Of a DNA stretch of 64,000 nt, positions 1 through 10,127 are shown piece by piece. How positions within the stretch are numbered: the stretch's first letter is position 1; every line of letters begins with the position of its first letter. The notes beneath the pieces are model-generated. The model had not been told where the DNA came from, did not search any database, and worked only from the letters and a program-made list of their open reading frames with translations. Where the stretch lies: contig JAHEYP010000011.1 of NCBI GenBank assembly GCA_023251535.1, forward strand, positions 25,104 through 89,103, written 5' to 3'. Position numbers and translations under genes: made by a program. The stretch is from Bacteroidota bacterium. Lineage in GTDB: Bacteria > Bacteroidota > Bacteroidia > AKYH767-A > OLB10.

Positions 1-525
1 CGTACACAAAAAGTTGATTTTGTCTTCTGTATAAAAATAGGCTACATCATTGATTTCCACCATTTTAATCGTATCGCCATAGCGGATGATGATTCGCTTT
101 TGAAGTTCTTTAGCAGCAGCAACGGGGTTAATTTGCTTTAAAAGGGCCTGTACTTGATTAGTACTCAATGCCGTAAGCAATTTATACTTCTCCATTGCGC
201 GAATCAGATCATCTTTTTTTACCGGCTTTAGCAAATAGTCGATACTGTTTACTTTAAAAGCATCAAGAGCGTATTGATCATAGGCAGTAACAAAGATCAC
301 TGGTGCGGATACCTGTACTTCATTAAACACTTCGAAACTATGTCCGTCGGCAAGATGGATATCCATAAAGAGAAGATCGGGACTAGGATTCTCTTTCAGC
401 CATTTTACAGCCGATTTAATACTAACAGGGGATTCCGGGAATATTGCTCTTGGTTCAATTTCAAGAATTAGTTTTTTAAGACGTTCAGCAGCAGGTGCCT
501 CATCTTCTACAATGAGAATTTTCAT
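1..525 (-). CDS. LytTR-family two-component response regulator (3' end truncated by window start)
   Basis: My hand translation of the minus strand from ATG 525..523 gives MKILIVEDEAPAAERLKKLILEIEP...LLFMDIHLADG...IDYLLKPVKKDDL... This is a CheY-like receiver followed by the start of a LytTR DNA-binding domain. The start sits 2 nt after the upstream kinase stop, suggesting an operon. Not in the ORF track because it runs off the window. Confidence 0.8.
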   Translation of the reverse strand, partial: MKILIVEDEAPAAERLKKLILEIEPRAIFPESPVSIKSAVKWLKENPSPDLLFMDIHLADGHSFEVFNEVQVSAPVIFVTAYDQYALDAFKVNSIDYLLKPVKKDDLIRAMEKYKLLTALSTNQVQALLKQINPVAAAKELQKRIIIRYGDTIKMVEINDVAYFYTEDKINFLCT

Positions 526-527
526 GA

Positions 528-3422
528 TTATGCCGGTATTAAAGGTATTTCAACTGTGAATATTTCATCATTTTTACTGATATAAACTTCTTGATTCGAC
601 AAGATTTTAAATCGGTTAATGATATTTTCAAGTCCGATACCGGTACTTGGATCGGATTGTTTTTTCGGATTAAGATTATTATTTATTAATATTGTTTCAC
701 GGTCGCTAGCAATAACATTAATGTACAAAGGCGTTTCATGAGAAACTGCATTATGCTTTATACAATTCTCTATTAACAACTGAATTGACAGAGGAGGAAC
801 ACGATATTGATAGAGCCATGAATCAGGAATATCGATTTGCAAATCGACATATTTTCCGTATCGTTTTTGCTGCAAGTAAAAATAACTATTTACGATTATT
901 AATTCTTCTTTCAGTGTTATTGTATCCATATCGCGATATTGCAACATACTCCTAAAATAATCGGATAATGTCTCCACATAATCTATCGCCTTATCCTTAT
1001 CATCATCAATAATAGTAATTAACGTATTGAAACTATTAAACAAGAAATGAGGATTAATTTGACTCTTTAGTGTTTCATATTGATACTCCATTTTTTCTTT
1101 CTCAATCGACTCAAAATGCCTCCAACGTCGTTCTCTATCTCTTACAATTACAAAAACAAGTGCTGCTAATAACAAGAAGGCAAATAATAGAAACCAGAAT
1201 TCTTTCCAAATCGGTTTTTTAATCTTAAATGAATACGATGCAGTATATGGATTAACGAATCTGTTATTATTAGATGCTTCTAGTTCAAACTTATAATTTC
1301 CTGGAGGAAGATTAGGGAAAGTAACAATCCGATCATGTGTAATTAACCATTGATCGCTATATCCAAATAATCGATATCGGTAAACAACAGCTTCAGGATT
1401 GTTAAACCACAATCCTATAAATTCAATTGAAATTTGATTTTGGTTATACTTAAAAACAGAGTCGCGAATCCCTTTTCCGGGCTTCATGAAAGTATAAATC
1501 TTTCGGATATTTGTTAAAGGATATTTAGAAACGCCTTCCTTGTAATTATAAAAGCGAATTAGTCCTTTCTGAGAACCTACCCATATATTGCCTTTCCTAT
1601 CTGTTGTCAATGAATTTAAATCGCAATCGATATTCTCAAGTCCTGCTTCTGCTCCAATATATTCCATTTCAAAGTTTCGCGGATTGATAACGTCAATACC
1701 TCGGCTATGCACTACAACAATATTTCCGGAATTATCAGTAGTTATACCGGAAATTTCAAGCTCACGCAGTCCTTCTTTTATTCCAATATTCTTAAAATTC
1801 TTGCCATCAAATCGATAGATACCATGACTTAGCGTACTAAACCAGATATTACCGGATTTGTCTTCAGTAATTGAATAAACAACTTTCCCCCTTCCGTTAT
1901 CGAAATCGGTATAGTTCTTAAATTTCCCGTTATTAAAAACACTTATTCCTTTTCCATCGGTACCAAACCAAACACGATTTTTACTATCAATAAAAACATT
2001 ATAAACGAATACTTCACCAGGATCGCTAAAATCATCGGGACGAGAAAATTTGTAATATAATTTACCGGGATTTTTTTGATCCTCGATAATATCACAAGAA
2101 ATTATTCCGCCTAAGGTAGCCAACCACAATTTATTATCGTGTCCAGAGATAGAAATCACATTTGCATTCGCCAATCCATTTTTCGCCCCGAAGCTCATCA
2201 CCTCTCCATTCAACGTATTTAATCGATACAATCCGTCATCGAAAGTACCTATCCAAAGAAAGCCCCAATCATCTTCAAACAAAGAAACGATATGCAGATT
2301 TTTCTTCTTTAGCACATCGAATTTTTTTAAATTTTGATTTTCAGGTGCGGTATAGTTATAGCGGAATAATCCGTTTTTAGTGCTAAACCAAATATATCCA
2401 TCGGCATCAGAAGTGATTGCTTGGATACTATCGAATGAATACTTAACATTTTCATGAATGATCTCCACCTTCTCACCTGGTGAAATCAACAATTTATTAT
2501 CGGCCGAGACCCAGATATTACCTTCTCGGTCTTTCATCAAATCATAGATTTTAGTATAGGCGAAACCGTTAGCTCTATTAAAATTTCTAAGTCGTCGATC
2601 GCCATTAAATTCGAAATCGACTATACCTATACCTTCTGTCCCAATCCAATATTCATTCTGAAGCATCGCCATACAATCAACAGGACCGTATGTCCAGTTT
2701 TGTGCTTTTGCAGGAACAGAAAAAGTACCTTGTTTGATATTGTATATTGCGATTCCTTTCTCTTGAAAACCCAGAATCACCGAATTCTCATCATAATTCT
2801 TGATAATTCTAACCAAGTTATCGGGCAAGCCCAGATTACTATCAATTAATTTAGAAGTGATTTTCCCATTATTAATATCAAAGACAATCATACCTATATC
2901 AGTGCCGGCAAAAACTTTCCCGGAAGGATGCTTAACCAATGAATAAATAAAGTTATCTGCTATCCCTGAAATTTTATTCCAATTATTTTCTTTTAAAGAA
3001 TAGATTCCGTCACCATAACTTGCAACCCACAAACCAAATTCACCCATATCAACAATTGAACGAACAGGTCCTTTTGTACGAAATGGTAAAATATGGAAAC
3101 GTTCATGTGTCCGCCTAAAAATAATTCCATCCTCTGTACCAACGATCAGTGCTCCTTTTTGATCCTCAGCAATACAAGAAATATTCATCTGGACCGAACC
3201 AGTATCTCGAATTATTTTTTCAAAAACAAATCCATCGTAGGTATACAATCCATGATCTGTACCTGCCCAAATAAAACCACTTTGATCTTGGAAAAGAACA
3301 TTAATTCGGAGATTCTTATTTTCTCTATCTACTTGCAGCGTTTTAAAAAATGGAATTTCAGCTTGTGATGAAAATGAAATCATCATCAACAAAAAACAAA
3401 CTAAATACCTTTTTATAATCAT
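528..3422 (-). CDS. Hybrid sensor histidine kinase: periplasmic two-component-regulator beta-propeller / Y_Y_Y sensor, one TM helix, LytS-type His_kinase plus HATPase
   Basis: 964 aa. Signal peptide, many repeated GTxxGL/W-rich propeller blades, TM 'FWFLLFAFLLLAALVFVIV', then the 'INPHFLFNSFNTL' H-box and 'GIGLENI' ATPase motifs. Directly upstream of and co-oriented with the LytTR response regulator. Confidence 0.85.
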   Translation of the reverse strand: MIIKRYLVCFLLMMISFSSQAEIPFFKTLQVDRENKNLRINVLFQDQSGFIWAGTDHGLYTYDGFVFEKIIRDTGSVQMNISCIAEDQKGALIVGTEDGIIFRRTHERFHILPFRTKGPVRSIVDMGEFGLWVASYGDGIYSLKENNWNKISGIADNFIYSLVKHPSGKVFAGTDIGMIVFDINNGKITSKLIDSNLGLPDNLVRIIKNYDENSVILGFQEKGIAIYNIKQGTFSVPAKAQNWTYGPVDCMAMLQNEYWIGTEGIGIVDFEFNGDRRLRNFNRANGFAYTKIYDLMKDREGNIWVSADNKLLISPGEKVEIIHENVKYSFDSIQAITSDADGYIWFSTKNGLFRYNYTAPENQNLKKFDVLKKKNLHIVSLFEDDWGFLWIGTFDDGLYRLNTLNGEVMSFGAKNGLANANVISISGHDNKLWLATLGGIISCDIIEDQKNPGKLYYKFSRPDDFSDPGEVFVYNVFIDSKNRVWFGTDGKGISVFNNGKFKNYTDFDNGRGKVVYSITEDKSGNIWFSTLSHGIYRFDGKNFKNIGIKEGLRELEISGITTDNSGNIVVVHSRGIDVINPRNFEMEYIGAEAGLENIDCDLNSLTTDRKGNIWVGSQKGLIRFYNYKEGVSKYPLTNIRKIYTFMKPGKGIRDSVFKYNQNQISIEFIGLWFNNPEAVVYRYRLFGYSDQWLITHDRIVTFPNLPPGNYKFELEASNNNRFVNPYTASYSFKIKKPIWKEFWFLLFAFLLLAALVFVIVRDRERRWRHFESIEKEKMEYQYETLKSQINPHFLFNSFNTLITIIDDDKDKAIDYVETLSDYFRSMLQYRDMDTITLKEELIIVNSYFYLQQKRYGKYVDLQIDIPDSWLYQYRVPPLSIQLLIENCIKHNAVSHETPLYINVIASDRETILINNNLNPKKQSDPSTGIGLENIINRFKILSNQEVYISKNDEIFTVEIPLIPA

Positions 3423-3424
3423 AA

Positions 3425-4060
3425 TTACTTCTGCGGCTCTAAGTTAGCAGAAAATGTTATTTGAATTTCGGGCGCTATTTTTTGATTTACAACACGAGGA
3501 ATGCGTATACTATAATCATCCAATAGCACTGTGAATTCTGAAGTAATTTTAATTGAATTTGGCTTCACTTCCACCACGCTTTTTATTAAGCGTTCACGGT
3601 TAATCCCTTTTACATTCATCATCCCCTTTGCCCTAACATTATAAGTTCCGGGCTTATTGAAATCGATTTCATCGATAATTCGTCCGGTATAGGATATAAC
3701 TGGATATTTGTCGGTATCGAGGTAGTTATCGTTAAAATGTTCGCGTTGCAAAGGACTATTAAATCCTTTAAAGCTCTCATTATTAACTGTAAAAGCAAAA
3801 TTCTTTGATTGAAGGTCGAGCATTCCTTTCAGCTCACTTGATTCAGCGATAATGGTTTCAAGCGGTGCTTCTGACTTAAATCGAACCTTAGAGGTTTTTA
3901 CGATATACACGTTAGCGGCATAAACCATCCCGAAAAAAAACAGAAATGCAATTATAAACAGTGTTATTACACTTTGCCTCTTAAAATGGATATGCCTCTT
4001 GCAATCCGGAACTAATGAATTCATTGAGATCATATCAAGAAATGGTAACGGAACCTTCAT
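3425..4060 (-). CDS. YceI-like periplasmic/membrane-anchored protein
   Basis: 211 aa. N-terminal TM anchor; body motifs 'FKSEAPLE', 'REHFNDNYLDTDKYPVISYTG' match the YceI-family pattern (HF...D.EKYP.I.F). Only a 2-nt gap to the kinase. Confidence 0.55.
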   Translation of the reverse strand: MKVPLPFLDMISMNSLVPDCKRHIHFKRQSVITLFIIAFLFFFGMVYAANVYIVKTSKVRFKSEAPLETIIAESSELKGMLDLQSKNFAFTVNNESFKGFNSPLQREHFNDNYLDTDKYPVISYTGRIIDEIDFNKPGTYNVRAKGMMNVKGINRERLIKSVVEVKPNSIKITSEFTVLLDDYSIRIPRVVNQKIAPEIQITFSANLEPQK

Positions 4061-4325
4061 AAAACTGCTACGAATTTAAATAGCATAACATCAATTTCCT
4101 ATCTTATGAATAAAAATCATGCCTAAGTAATGCCAAACGGGAATAATAGTGACTTTAACACGTAAAAACCTAAGTTAAAGCTAGCCAATTTTTGTTGTAT
4201 TTGAACCCGCCCACTTGCTGATATTAATTATCCTGTAAGAATTATTTAAAATTCTGTCAGTTTTTCAAAAATCTGCGGTAAATTCGTTAGCCCGTTTTCT
4301 GTGTAAGAAAACCAATTAATTCTTT

Positions 4326-6101
4326 ATGACATCACCAGTAATAATTGTTTCGTTAGTAATCGTTTTCATTGTAGTTTCTCTCTATAAAGAGTGGATTAAG
4401 CCCGTGATAGTATTTGTGATTGCCATTGCAATGCTAATGCTTTTGCAGGTAATCACTCCTAAAGAGGCGCTTAGCGGGTTTGCTAATGAGCAGATTGCGG
4501 TCATTTTCCTACTTCTTATATTAAGTGACGTAATCAAAAGATCAGCGGCCTTAGATCAATCGATTTACAAATTACTTCGTCCTGGATTATCCTATCGTGC
4601 ATTTATGACGCGAATGAGTTTTTCGGTAGCCAGCGTTTCTGCTTTCGTCAACAATACACCATTGGTAGCGCTCATGTTACCCTATGTTTATGATTGGTCA
4701 AAGCGTAAGAAAATAGCGCCATCGAAAGTTTTGATGCCTTTGTCGATGGCGGCTATAATTGGTGGTACGGTAACTGTTATCGGTACCTCAACCAACTTAG
4801 TAGTGAGCGGTTTGGCGGCCGATGCAGGGTTAGAGCCATTAAAGATGTTCGACTTTACCCCTGTAGGATTACCTATCATGGTAGCGATATGCTTATACAT
4901 CATTTTCCTATCGGATAAATTACTGCCAAGCAGAAAAGATGCTTTGACAGAATTCAAAGAAGATCCTCGAGAGTATTTAGTTGAAACAGTTGTTCCTTCG
5001 ACATCATCGTTTGTAGGAAAATCAATCGACGATAATAAGCTTCGAAGTTTACGAGGACTTTATGTTGTTGAAATTATAAGAGGAGATAAAACCATAGCGC
5101 CCGTTTCTCCTGAAGAGATAATTCAATCAGGAGATGTATTGATGTTTGCAGGTGAAACCGAAACGGTGATTGATCTAGTTAACGACCAAACGGATTTGTT
5201 ATTAGCTAACATCGAAACCTATCCTTTAAATGGAAAACTAGAGGTTGTTGAAGTGATTATTAGTCCGAATTCGGCATTGATTGACATTCCAATTAACAAA
5301 AGTAATTTCCGCGAGCATTATGATGCAGCTATCATTGCCGTTAATCGCCATGGAGAAAAATTAACAGGTAAAGTTGGTGAGATTGAATTGCACAGTGGCG
5401 ATTTAATTTTAGTAATTGCAGGAAAAGATTTTCGCAATCGCGCCGAGGCAGGAAGAGACTTAATTGTTGTATCTAAAAAACGTGAAATCAATAAAGCGAA
5501 TAAAGGAAAAATCAAGTGGATAATATTAGCCATTGCAGCTTCTTTCATTCTTGAAGCATTAGATATTTCAAGTTTATTCATGTCGCTGTTTGTACTTACG
5601 TCAATCGTTGCAGCAGTAGGAATAGTGACAGTTGATGAGATTAAAAAATCTTTGGATCTCGACCTCATGATTATGCTTGCGTTAGCGATTGGTGTTGGAA
5701 AAGCGATTAGTGCATCGGGTGCCGACAAAGTATTTGCCGATTCTGTTATCAGTGCTACGCAAGGCATTCATCCTACATTAGGAATTTTATTGGGACTGTA
5801 TATTGTTACCAATGTATTAACCATGTTTGTTACCAATGCAGCGGCTGTTGCCATTACTTTTCCAATAGCAGTAGCAACAGGACATCAATTGGGTGTGACA
5901 AATTTCACACCATTATTGCTCACAATTGCTTTTGCCAGCAGTGCCGACTTCCTCACACCATTTGGGTATCAAACGAACTTAATGGTTTACGGGCCGGGGG
6001 GCTATAAATTCATCGATTATATCCGCTATGGGTTCATCCCAACGCTTATCTATATGGCCTTCACCATCTTCGGTATCGCTTATTGGTATGATATGATATA
6101 A
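4326..6101 (+). CDS. SLC13/DASS-family anion permease with two central TrkA-C domains; putative sulfate transporter by context
   Basis: 591 aa, multi-TM halves flanking two TrkA_C-like segments ('GKSIDDNKLRSLRGLYVVEI', 'GKVGEIELHSGDLILV'). Heads an operon with cysC, cysD, cysN and cysQ. Confidence 0.75.
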   Translation: MTSPVIIVSLVIVFIVVSLYKEWIKPVIVFVIAIAMLMLLQVITPKEALSGFANEQIAVIFLLLILSDVIKRSAALDQSIYKLLRPGLSYRAFMTRMSFSVASVSAFVNNTPLVALMLPYVYDWSKRKKIAPSKVLMPLSMAAIIGGTVTVIGTSTNLVVSGLAADAGLEPLKMFDFTPVGLPIMVAICLYIIFLSDKLLPSRKDALTEFKEDPREYLVETVVPSTSSFVGKSIDDNKLRSLRGLYVVEIIRGDKTIAPVSPEEIIQSGDVLMFAGETETVIDLVNDQTDLLLANIETYPLNGKLEVVEVIISPNSALIDIPINKSNFREHYDAAIIAVNRHGEKLTGKVGEIELHSGDLILVIAGKDFRNRAEAGRDLIVVSKKREINKANKGKIKWIILAIAASFILEALDISSLFMSLFVLTSIVAAVGIVTVDEIKKSLDLDLMIMLALAIGVGKAISASGADKVFADSVISATQGIHPTLGILLGLYIVTNVLTMFVTNAAAVAITFPIAVATGHQLGVTNFTPLLLTIAFASSADFLTPFGYQTNLMVYGPGGYKFIDYIRYGFIPTLIYMAFTIFGIAYWYDMI

Positions 6102-6168
6102 ACGGAGGGATTAGCAGAACTCAATCCGACACATTTTTTCGAGGTAGATTCGAAATAAAGTGTGAACT

Positions 6169-6798
6169 TTGCAGCCGGATTTTCCGGACAAAAGCAGAAG
6201 CATGAAATCCACAAATATTGTTAGGCAAGATTATAAAATTACCCGTAACGACCGACTGAAATTACTGGGCCAAAAGCCCGTATTAATTTGGCTTACAGGA
6301 CTTTCCGGCTCAGGAAAGAGTACAATTGCCGATAAACTGGAACAAGAATTATACTTCAAAGGATTCAAAACTTATTTACTCGATGGCGATAATATTCGTC
6401 ATGGATTGAACAAGAATATCGACTTTACCGAAGAAGGCCGCAAGGAAAACATACGAAGGATCGGCGAAGTTGCTAAGCTGTTCATGGATGCAGGCATCAT
6501 CGTAATTACTGCCTTTATCTCCCCGTTTAAAGAAGACAGAGATCAAGTAAGAAACTTAATTGCAGAGGGAGAATTCATCGAAGTGCATGTTGATTGCCCT
6601 CTAGGAGTTTGTGAGCAGCGCGACGTAAAAGGATTGTATGCAAAAGCCCGAAAAGGTGAAATTCCCAACTTCACAGGCATATCATCGCCCTTTGAAGCTC
6701 CGGAAGCAGCGGAAATAACAGTGAAAACGGCAGAAGACAGTCTCGACGACTGTGTAAACCAAATTTTAGATTATTCGTTAAAAAGAATTAAACCCTGA
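6169..6798 (+). CDS. cysC: Adenylylsulfate (APS) kinase
   Basis: P-loop 'IWLTGLSGSGKST' in the typical CysC context 'YLLDGDNIRHGLN'. About 200 aa. The start may be the internal ATG at 6202. Confidence 0.9.
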   Translation: MQPDFPDKSRSMKSTNIVRQDYKITRNDRLKLLGQKPVLIWLTGLSGSGKSTIADKLEQELYFKGFKTYLLDGDNIRHGLNKNIDFTEEGRKENIRRIGEVAKLFMDAGIIVITAFISPFKEDRDQVRNLIAEGEFIEVHVDCPLGVCEQRDVKGLYAKARKGEIPNFTGISSPFEAPEAAEITVKTAEDSLDDCVNQILDYSLKRIKP

Positions 6799-6804
6799 TA
6801 TAGG

Positions 6805-7710
6805 ATGATTTTATACCATTTGAACCACCTGCGAGAGTTAGAAGCAGAAGCCATCTATGTGATTCGCGAAGCGGCTTCACAATTTGAACGCCCTGCGATG
6901 CTCTTTTCAGGAGGAAAAGATTCGATTGTAATGACGCATTTGGCAAGAAAAGCGTTTTATCCGGCTCGTATTCCCTTCCCTTTACTTCATATTGATACGG
7001 GACATAACTTCCCTGAGACAATTACCTTCCGTGATAAAATGGTTGAAGAGATTGGAGCTCGTTTAGAAGTGCGTTATGTACAAGATTCAATCGACAAAGG
7101 AAGAGCTAGAGAAGAGAAAGGTCCGAATGCAAGTCGTAATGTTTTACAAACGATAACTCTATTAGATGCATTAGAAGAGCTTAAGATTGATGCGGCTATG
7201 GGTGGTGCTCGACGCGACGAAGAAAAAGCTAGAGCTAAAGAACGATTCTTCTCGCATCGTGATGAATTCGGACAATGGGATCCGAAAAACCAACGTCCTG
7301 AATTATGGATGTTGTTAAATGGAAGAAAACATATCGGAGAACATTTCAGAGTATTTCCTCTCTCAAACTGGACAGAAATGGATGTTTGGATGTATATCCA
7401 ATTAGAAAATATTCCTATTCCTGAAATCTATTTCACACACGAACGTGATGTGGTAGATCGCGACGGAATGTTATTAGCATATTCGGAATACATCACCTTA
7501 AAAGAAACTGAGAAAGTTGAAAAGAAAATTGTTCGATTCCGCACAATCGGAGATATGACATGTACCGGAGCAGTTGAATCACCGGCATCATCCTTATCAG
7601 AAATCATTGACGAGATTGCAGCTTCGAGAACAACAGAACGCGGCACACGTCAAGATGATAAGCGAAGTGAAACGGCAATGGAAGATCGTAAGAAAGCCGG
7701 ATACTTTTAG
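6805..7710 (+). CDS. cysD: Sulfate adenylyltransferase subunit 2
   Basis: 301 aa PAPS-reductase-like fold, 'SGGKDS' PP-loop, full-length similarity to CysD by eye. Confidence 0.9.
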   Translation: MILYHLNHLRELEAEAIYVIREAASQFERPAMLFSGGKDSIVMTHLARKAFYPARIPFPLLHIDTGHNFPETITFRDKMVEEIGARLEVRYVQDSIDKGRAREEKGPNASRNVLQTITLLDALEELKIDAAMGGARRDEEKARAKERFFSHRDEFGQWDPKNQRPELWMLLNGRKHIGEHFRVFPLSNWTEMDVWMYIQLENIPIPEIYFTHERDVVDRDGMLLAYSEYITLKETEKVEKKIVRFRTIGDMTCTGAVESPASSLSEIIDEIAASRTTERGTRQDDKRSETAMEDRKKAGYF

Positions 7711-7770
7711 TCGACCGAAATAAGCAGCTAATACCCTTTACATTTAAATAGTATATAATTACAATATATA

Positions 7771-9045
7771 ATGAGTGATTTCAGCAAAGACGGATACATG
7801 AACATGGAATTGTTGCGTTTTACGACAGCAGGAAGTGTTGATGACGGAAAAAGTACATTAATAGGCCGTTTGCTATACGATTCAAAACAAATTTTCGAAG
7901 ATCAGCTCGAAGCCATTGAACAAAGAAGTCAGCAACGTGGATTTGAGCATGTTGATTTGAGTTTATTGACTGATGGATTAAAGGCAGAACGCGAGCAAGG
8001 AATTACAATCGACGTAGCGTATCGTTATTTCGCAACACCGAAGCGTAAGTTCATCATTGCAGATACTCCTGGGCATATTCAGTATACCCGCAATATGGTT
8101 ACAGGAGCTTCTACAGCTAACGTAGCTTTAATTTTAGTAGATGCACGTAAAGGAGTTTTAGAGCAAACCATTCGTCACTCATTTATTGCTTCGCTATTAC
8201 AAATTCCACACTTAATCATTTGCATTAACAAAATGGATTTGGTGGAATACTCGGAAGAAGCATTTAACAAAGTAGTTGAAGAATTCCGACATGTATCATC
8301 GAAATTAGATATTAAGGATGTCCACTTTTTACCTATCAGTGCATTAAAAGGCGATAATGTAGTAGACAAATCGCAAAACATGCCATGGTATCAAGGAGCA
8401 ACGTTAATGTATCTTCTAGAGAACATTCATATTAGCAGCGATGAAAATCATATTGATTGTCGTTTCCCTGTTCAGTATGTAATTCGCCCTCAACAAACCG
8501 AATATCACGATTACAGAGGATATGCGGGAAGAATTGTAAGCGGAATTTACAAACCGGGAGACAAAGTAAAAATTCTACCAAGCGGAGAATCTGCAGTAAT
8601 AAAAACAGTTGAGTTATTTGGCGAAAATATTGAAGAAGCATACGCGCCAATGTCGGTAACAATGACATTAGATCGCGATGTAGATATTAGTCGCGGAGAT
8701 ATGATAGTACGCGAAAACAATGCTCCGAATATGGAACAAGAATTCGACGTAATGATTTGTTGGATGAATGCTAACAAGCTTCAGTTAGGAGGAAAATACG
8801 CGATTCGCCATACAATAAAAGACGCTCGATGTGTGATTAAAGACATTCGATATAAAATCGACATCAACACATTGCATCGTAATGAAAATGATAAAGAAAT
8901 CGGCATGAATGACATTGCCAGAATAAACATAAAGACAACAGTTCCTTTATATTTCGATTCATATCGCAAAAACAGATATACTGGAAGTGTAATTTTAATT
9001 GACGAAGGCACTAACGAAACCGTTGCTGCCGGAATGATTGTTTAA
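7771..9045 (+). CDS. cysN: Sulfate adenylyltransferase subunit 1 (GTPase)
   Basis: 424 aa. 'LRFTTAGSVDDGKSTLIGRLL', 'DTPGH', 'NKMD' GTPase motifs. CysN/NodQ N-domain only; no fused APS kinase. Confidence 0.9.
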   Translation: MSDFSKDGYMNMELLRFTTAGSVDDGKSTLIGRLLYDSKQIFEDQLEAIEQRSQQRGFEHVDLSLLTDGLKAEREQGITIDVAYRYFATPKRKFIIADTPGHIQYTRNMVTGASTANVALILVDARKGVLEQTIRHSFIASLLQIPHLIICINKMDLVEYSEEAFNKVVEEFRHVSSKLDIKDVHFLPISALKGDNVVDKSQNMPWYQGATLMYLLENIHISSDENHIDCRFPVQYVIRPQQTEYHDYRGYAGRIVSGIYKPGDKVKILPSGESAVIKTVELFGENIEEAYAPMSVTMTLDRDVDISRGDMIVRENNAPNMEQEFDVMICWMNANKLQLGGKYAIRHTIKDARCVIKDIRYKIDINTLHRNENDKEIGMNDIARINIKTTVPLYFDSYRKNRYTGSVILIDEGTNETVAAGMIV

Positions 9046-9070
9046 AATGAAATAAATACCGCTTTTAGAA

Positions 9071-9889
9071 ATGGAAAACTACAACGAACTTCTTGCTGTC
9101 GCAATTAAAACTGCGATTTTGGCAGGAAAAGAAATTACCGGTGTTTATGCCAATGAAATAGCTGTTGAGATAAAAGACGATAAAAGTCCTTTAACTGAAG
9201 CAGACAAAAGATCGCACCTAAAAATAATGGAAGGATTGAAAGAAACGATGCTTCCTGTTTTAAGTGAAGAAGGAAAAATGATTCCTTTTGAAGAGCGAAA
9301 CAAATGGAAATTATTTTGGATGGTAGATCCACTTGATGGCACAAAAGAATTCATCAAGCGAAACGGAGAGTTCACAGTAAACATAGCATTAATTAAAGGA
9401 AATACGCCGGTAGCAGGAGTTATTTATGCTCCAATAATTAACTCTTTATATTTCGGAGCTGAAGGAATGGGGAGTTATAAAATAGAAGCCGATTACGACT
9501 ACTTGATGCATCTTGCGCTATCGCAAAACATCACCGATAAATTTATTTCAGTTGCGCAAAAACTTCCAATTAAAAACGAAGATCGTAAGTACACAGTTGT
9601 TGCCAGCAGAAGTCATATGAGTGAAGAGACGCAAGAATTTATTGAAGAACTCAGAAAAAAGCATGGCGATCTTGATTTAATATCAAAAGGCAGTTCCCTA
9701 AAACTGTGTTTAGTTGCTGAAGGCTCTGCGGACGTTTATCCGCGTTTTGCGCCAACAATGGAATGGGACACAGCCGCGGGACAAGCTATCGCCTTATACG
9801 CAGGATATAGCGTTGTTAATCCAACGGAATCTACTCCTATTGTCTACAATAAAACCGATTTATTAAATCCTTGGTTTGTTGTTGGATAA
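9071..9889 (+). CDS. cysQ: 3'(2'),5'-bisphosphate nucleotidase (PAP phosphatase)
   Basis: 272 aa. 'WMVDPLDGTKEF' inositol-monophosphatase family motif, as in CysQ. Confidence 0.85.
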   Translation: MENYNELLAVAIKTAILAGKEITGVYANEIAVEIKDDKSPLTEADKRSHLKIMEGLKETMLPVLSEEGKMIPFEERNKWKLFWMVDPLDGTKEFIKRNGEFTVNIALIKGNTPVAGVIYAPIINSLYFGAEGMGSYKIEADYDYLMHLALSQNITDKFISVAQKLPIKNEDRKYTVVASRSHMSEETQEFIEELRKKHGDLDLISKGSSLKLCLVAEGSADVYPRFAPTMEWDTAAGQAIALYAGYSVVNPTESTPIVYNKTDLLNPWFVVG

Positions 9890-9912
9890 AACGATAAACT
9901 AACATTAATTAC

Positions 9913-9945
9913 AAAGCCGGCAGTGATGTCGGCTTTTTTATTTTA
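9913..9945 (+). terminator. Rho-independent terminator after cysQ
   Basis: Hairpin aagccggc-agtgat-gtcggctt followed by ttttttatttt. Confidence 0.6.
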
Positions 9946-10127
9946 CACCTAGCTAATAACAATTACTTAACAAGAGCGTGACTATATCCTAACATTAATC
10001 ACGTAAAATTGCCTCATGAATATACTAGATAAAAGTGCAGAATTATCGAAGCGAAAAATAGAAGTATTGCTGATATCTACATTTTTCACTTTTTCATCGG
10101 CCTTCAAATATTTAAGAAGGCACCGAT

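Noticed and set aside
274-471. 65-aa plus-strand ORF in the first 500 bp
   Set aside because: Lies entirely inside, and antisense to, the clearly coding LytTR response-regulator gene (1..525, minus). No motifs. Spurious.
4061-4325. Possible SAM/S-box or other riboswitch in the 265-bp leader of the sulfate operon
   Set aside because: Read the leader for conserved S-box or SAM-II elements and paired helices. Nothing convincing.
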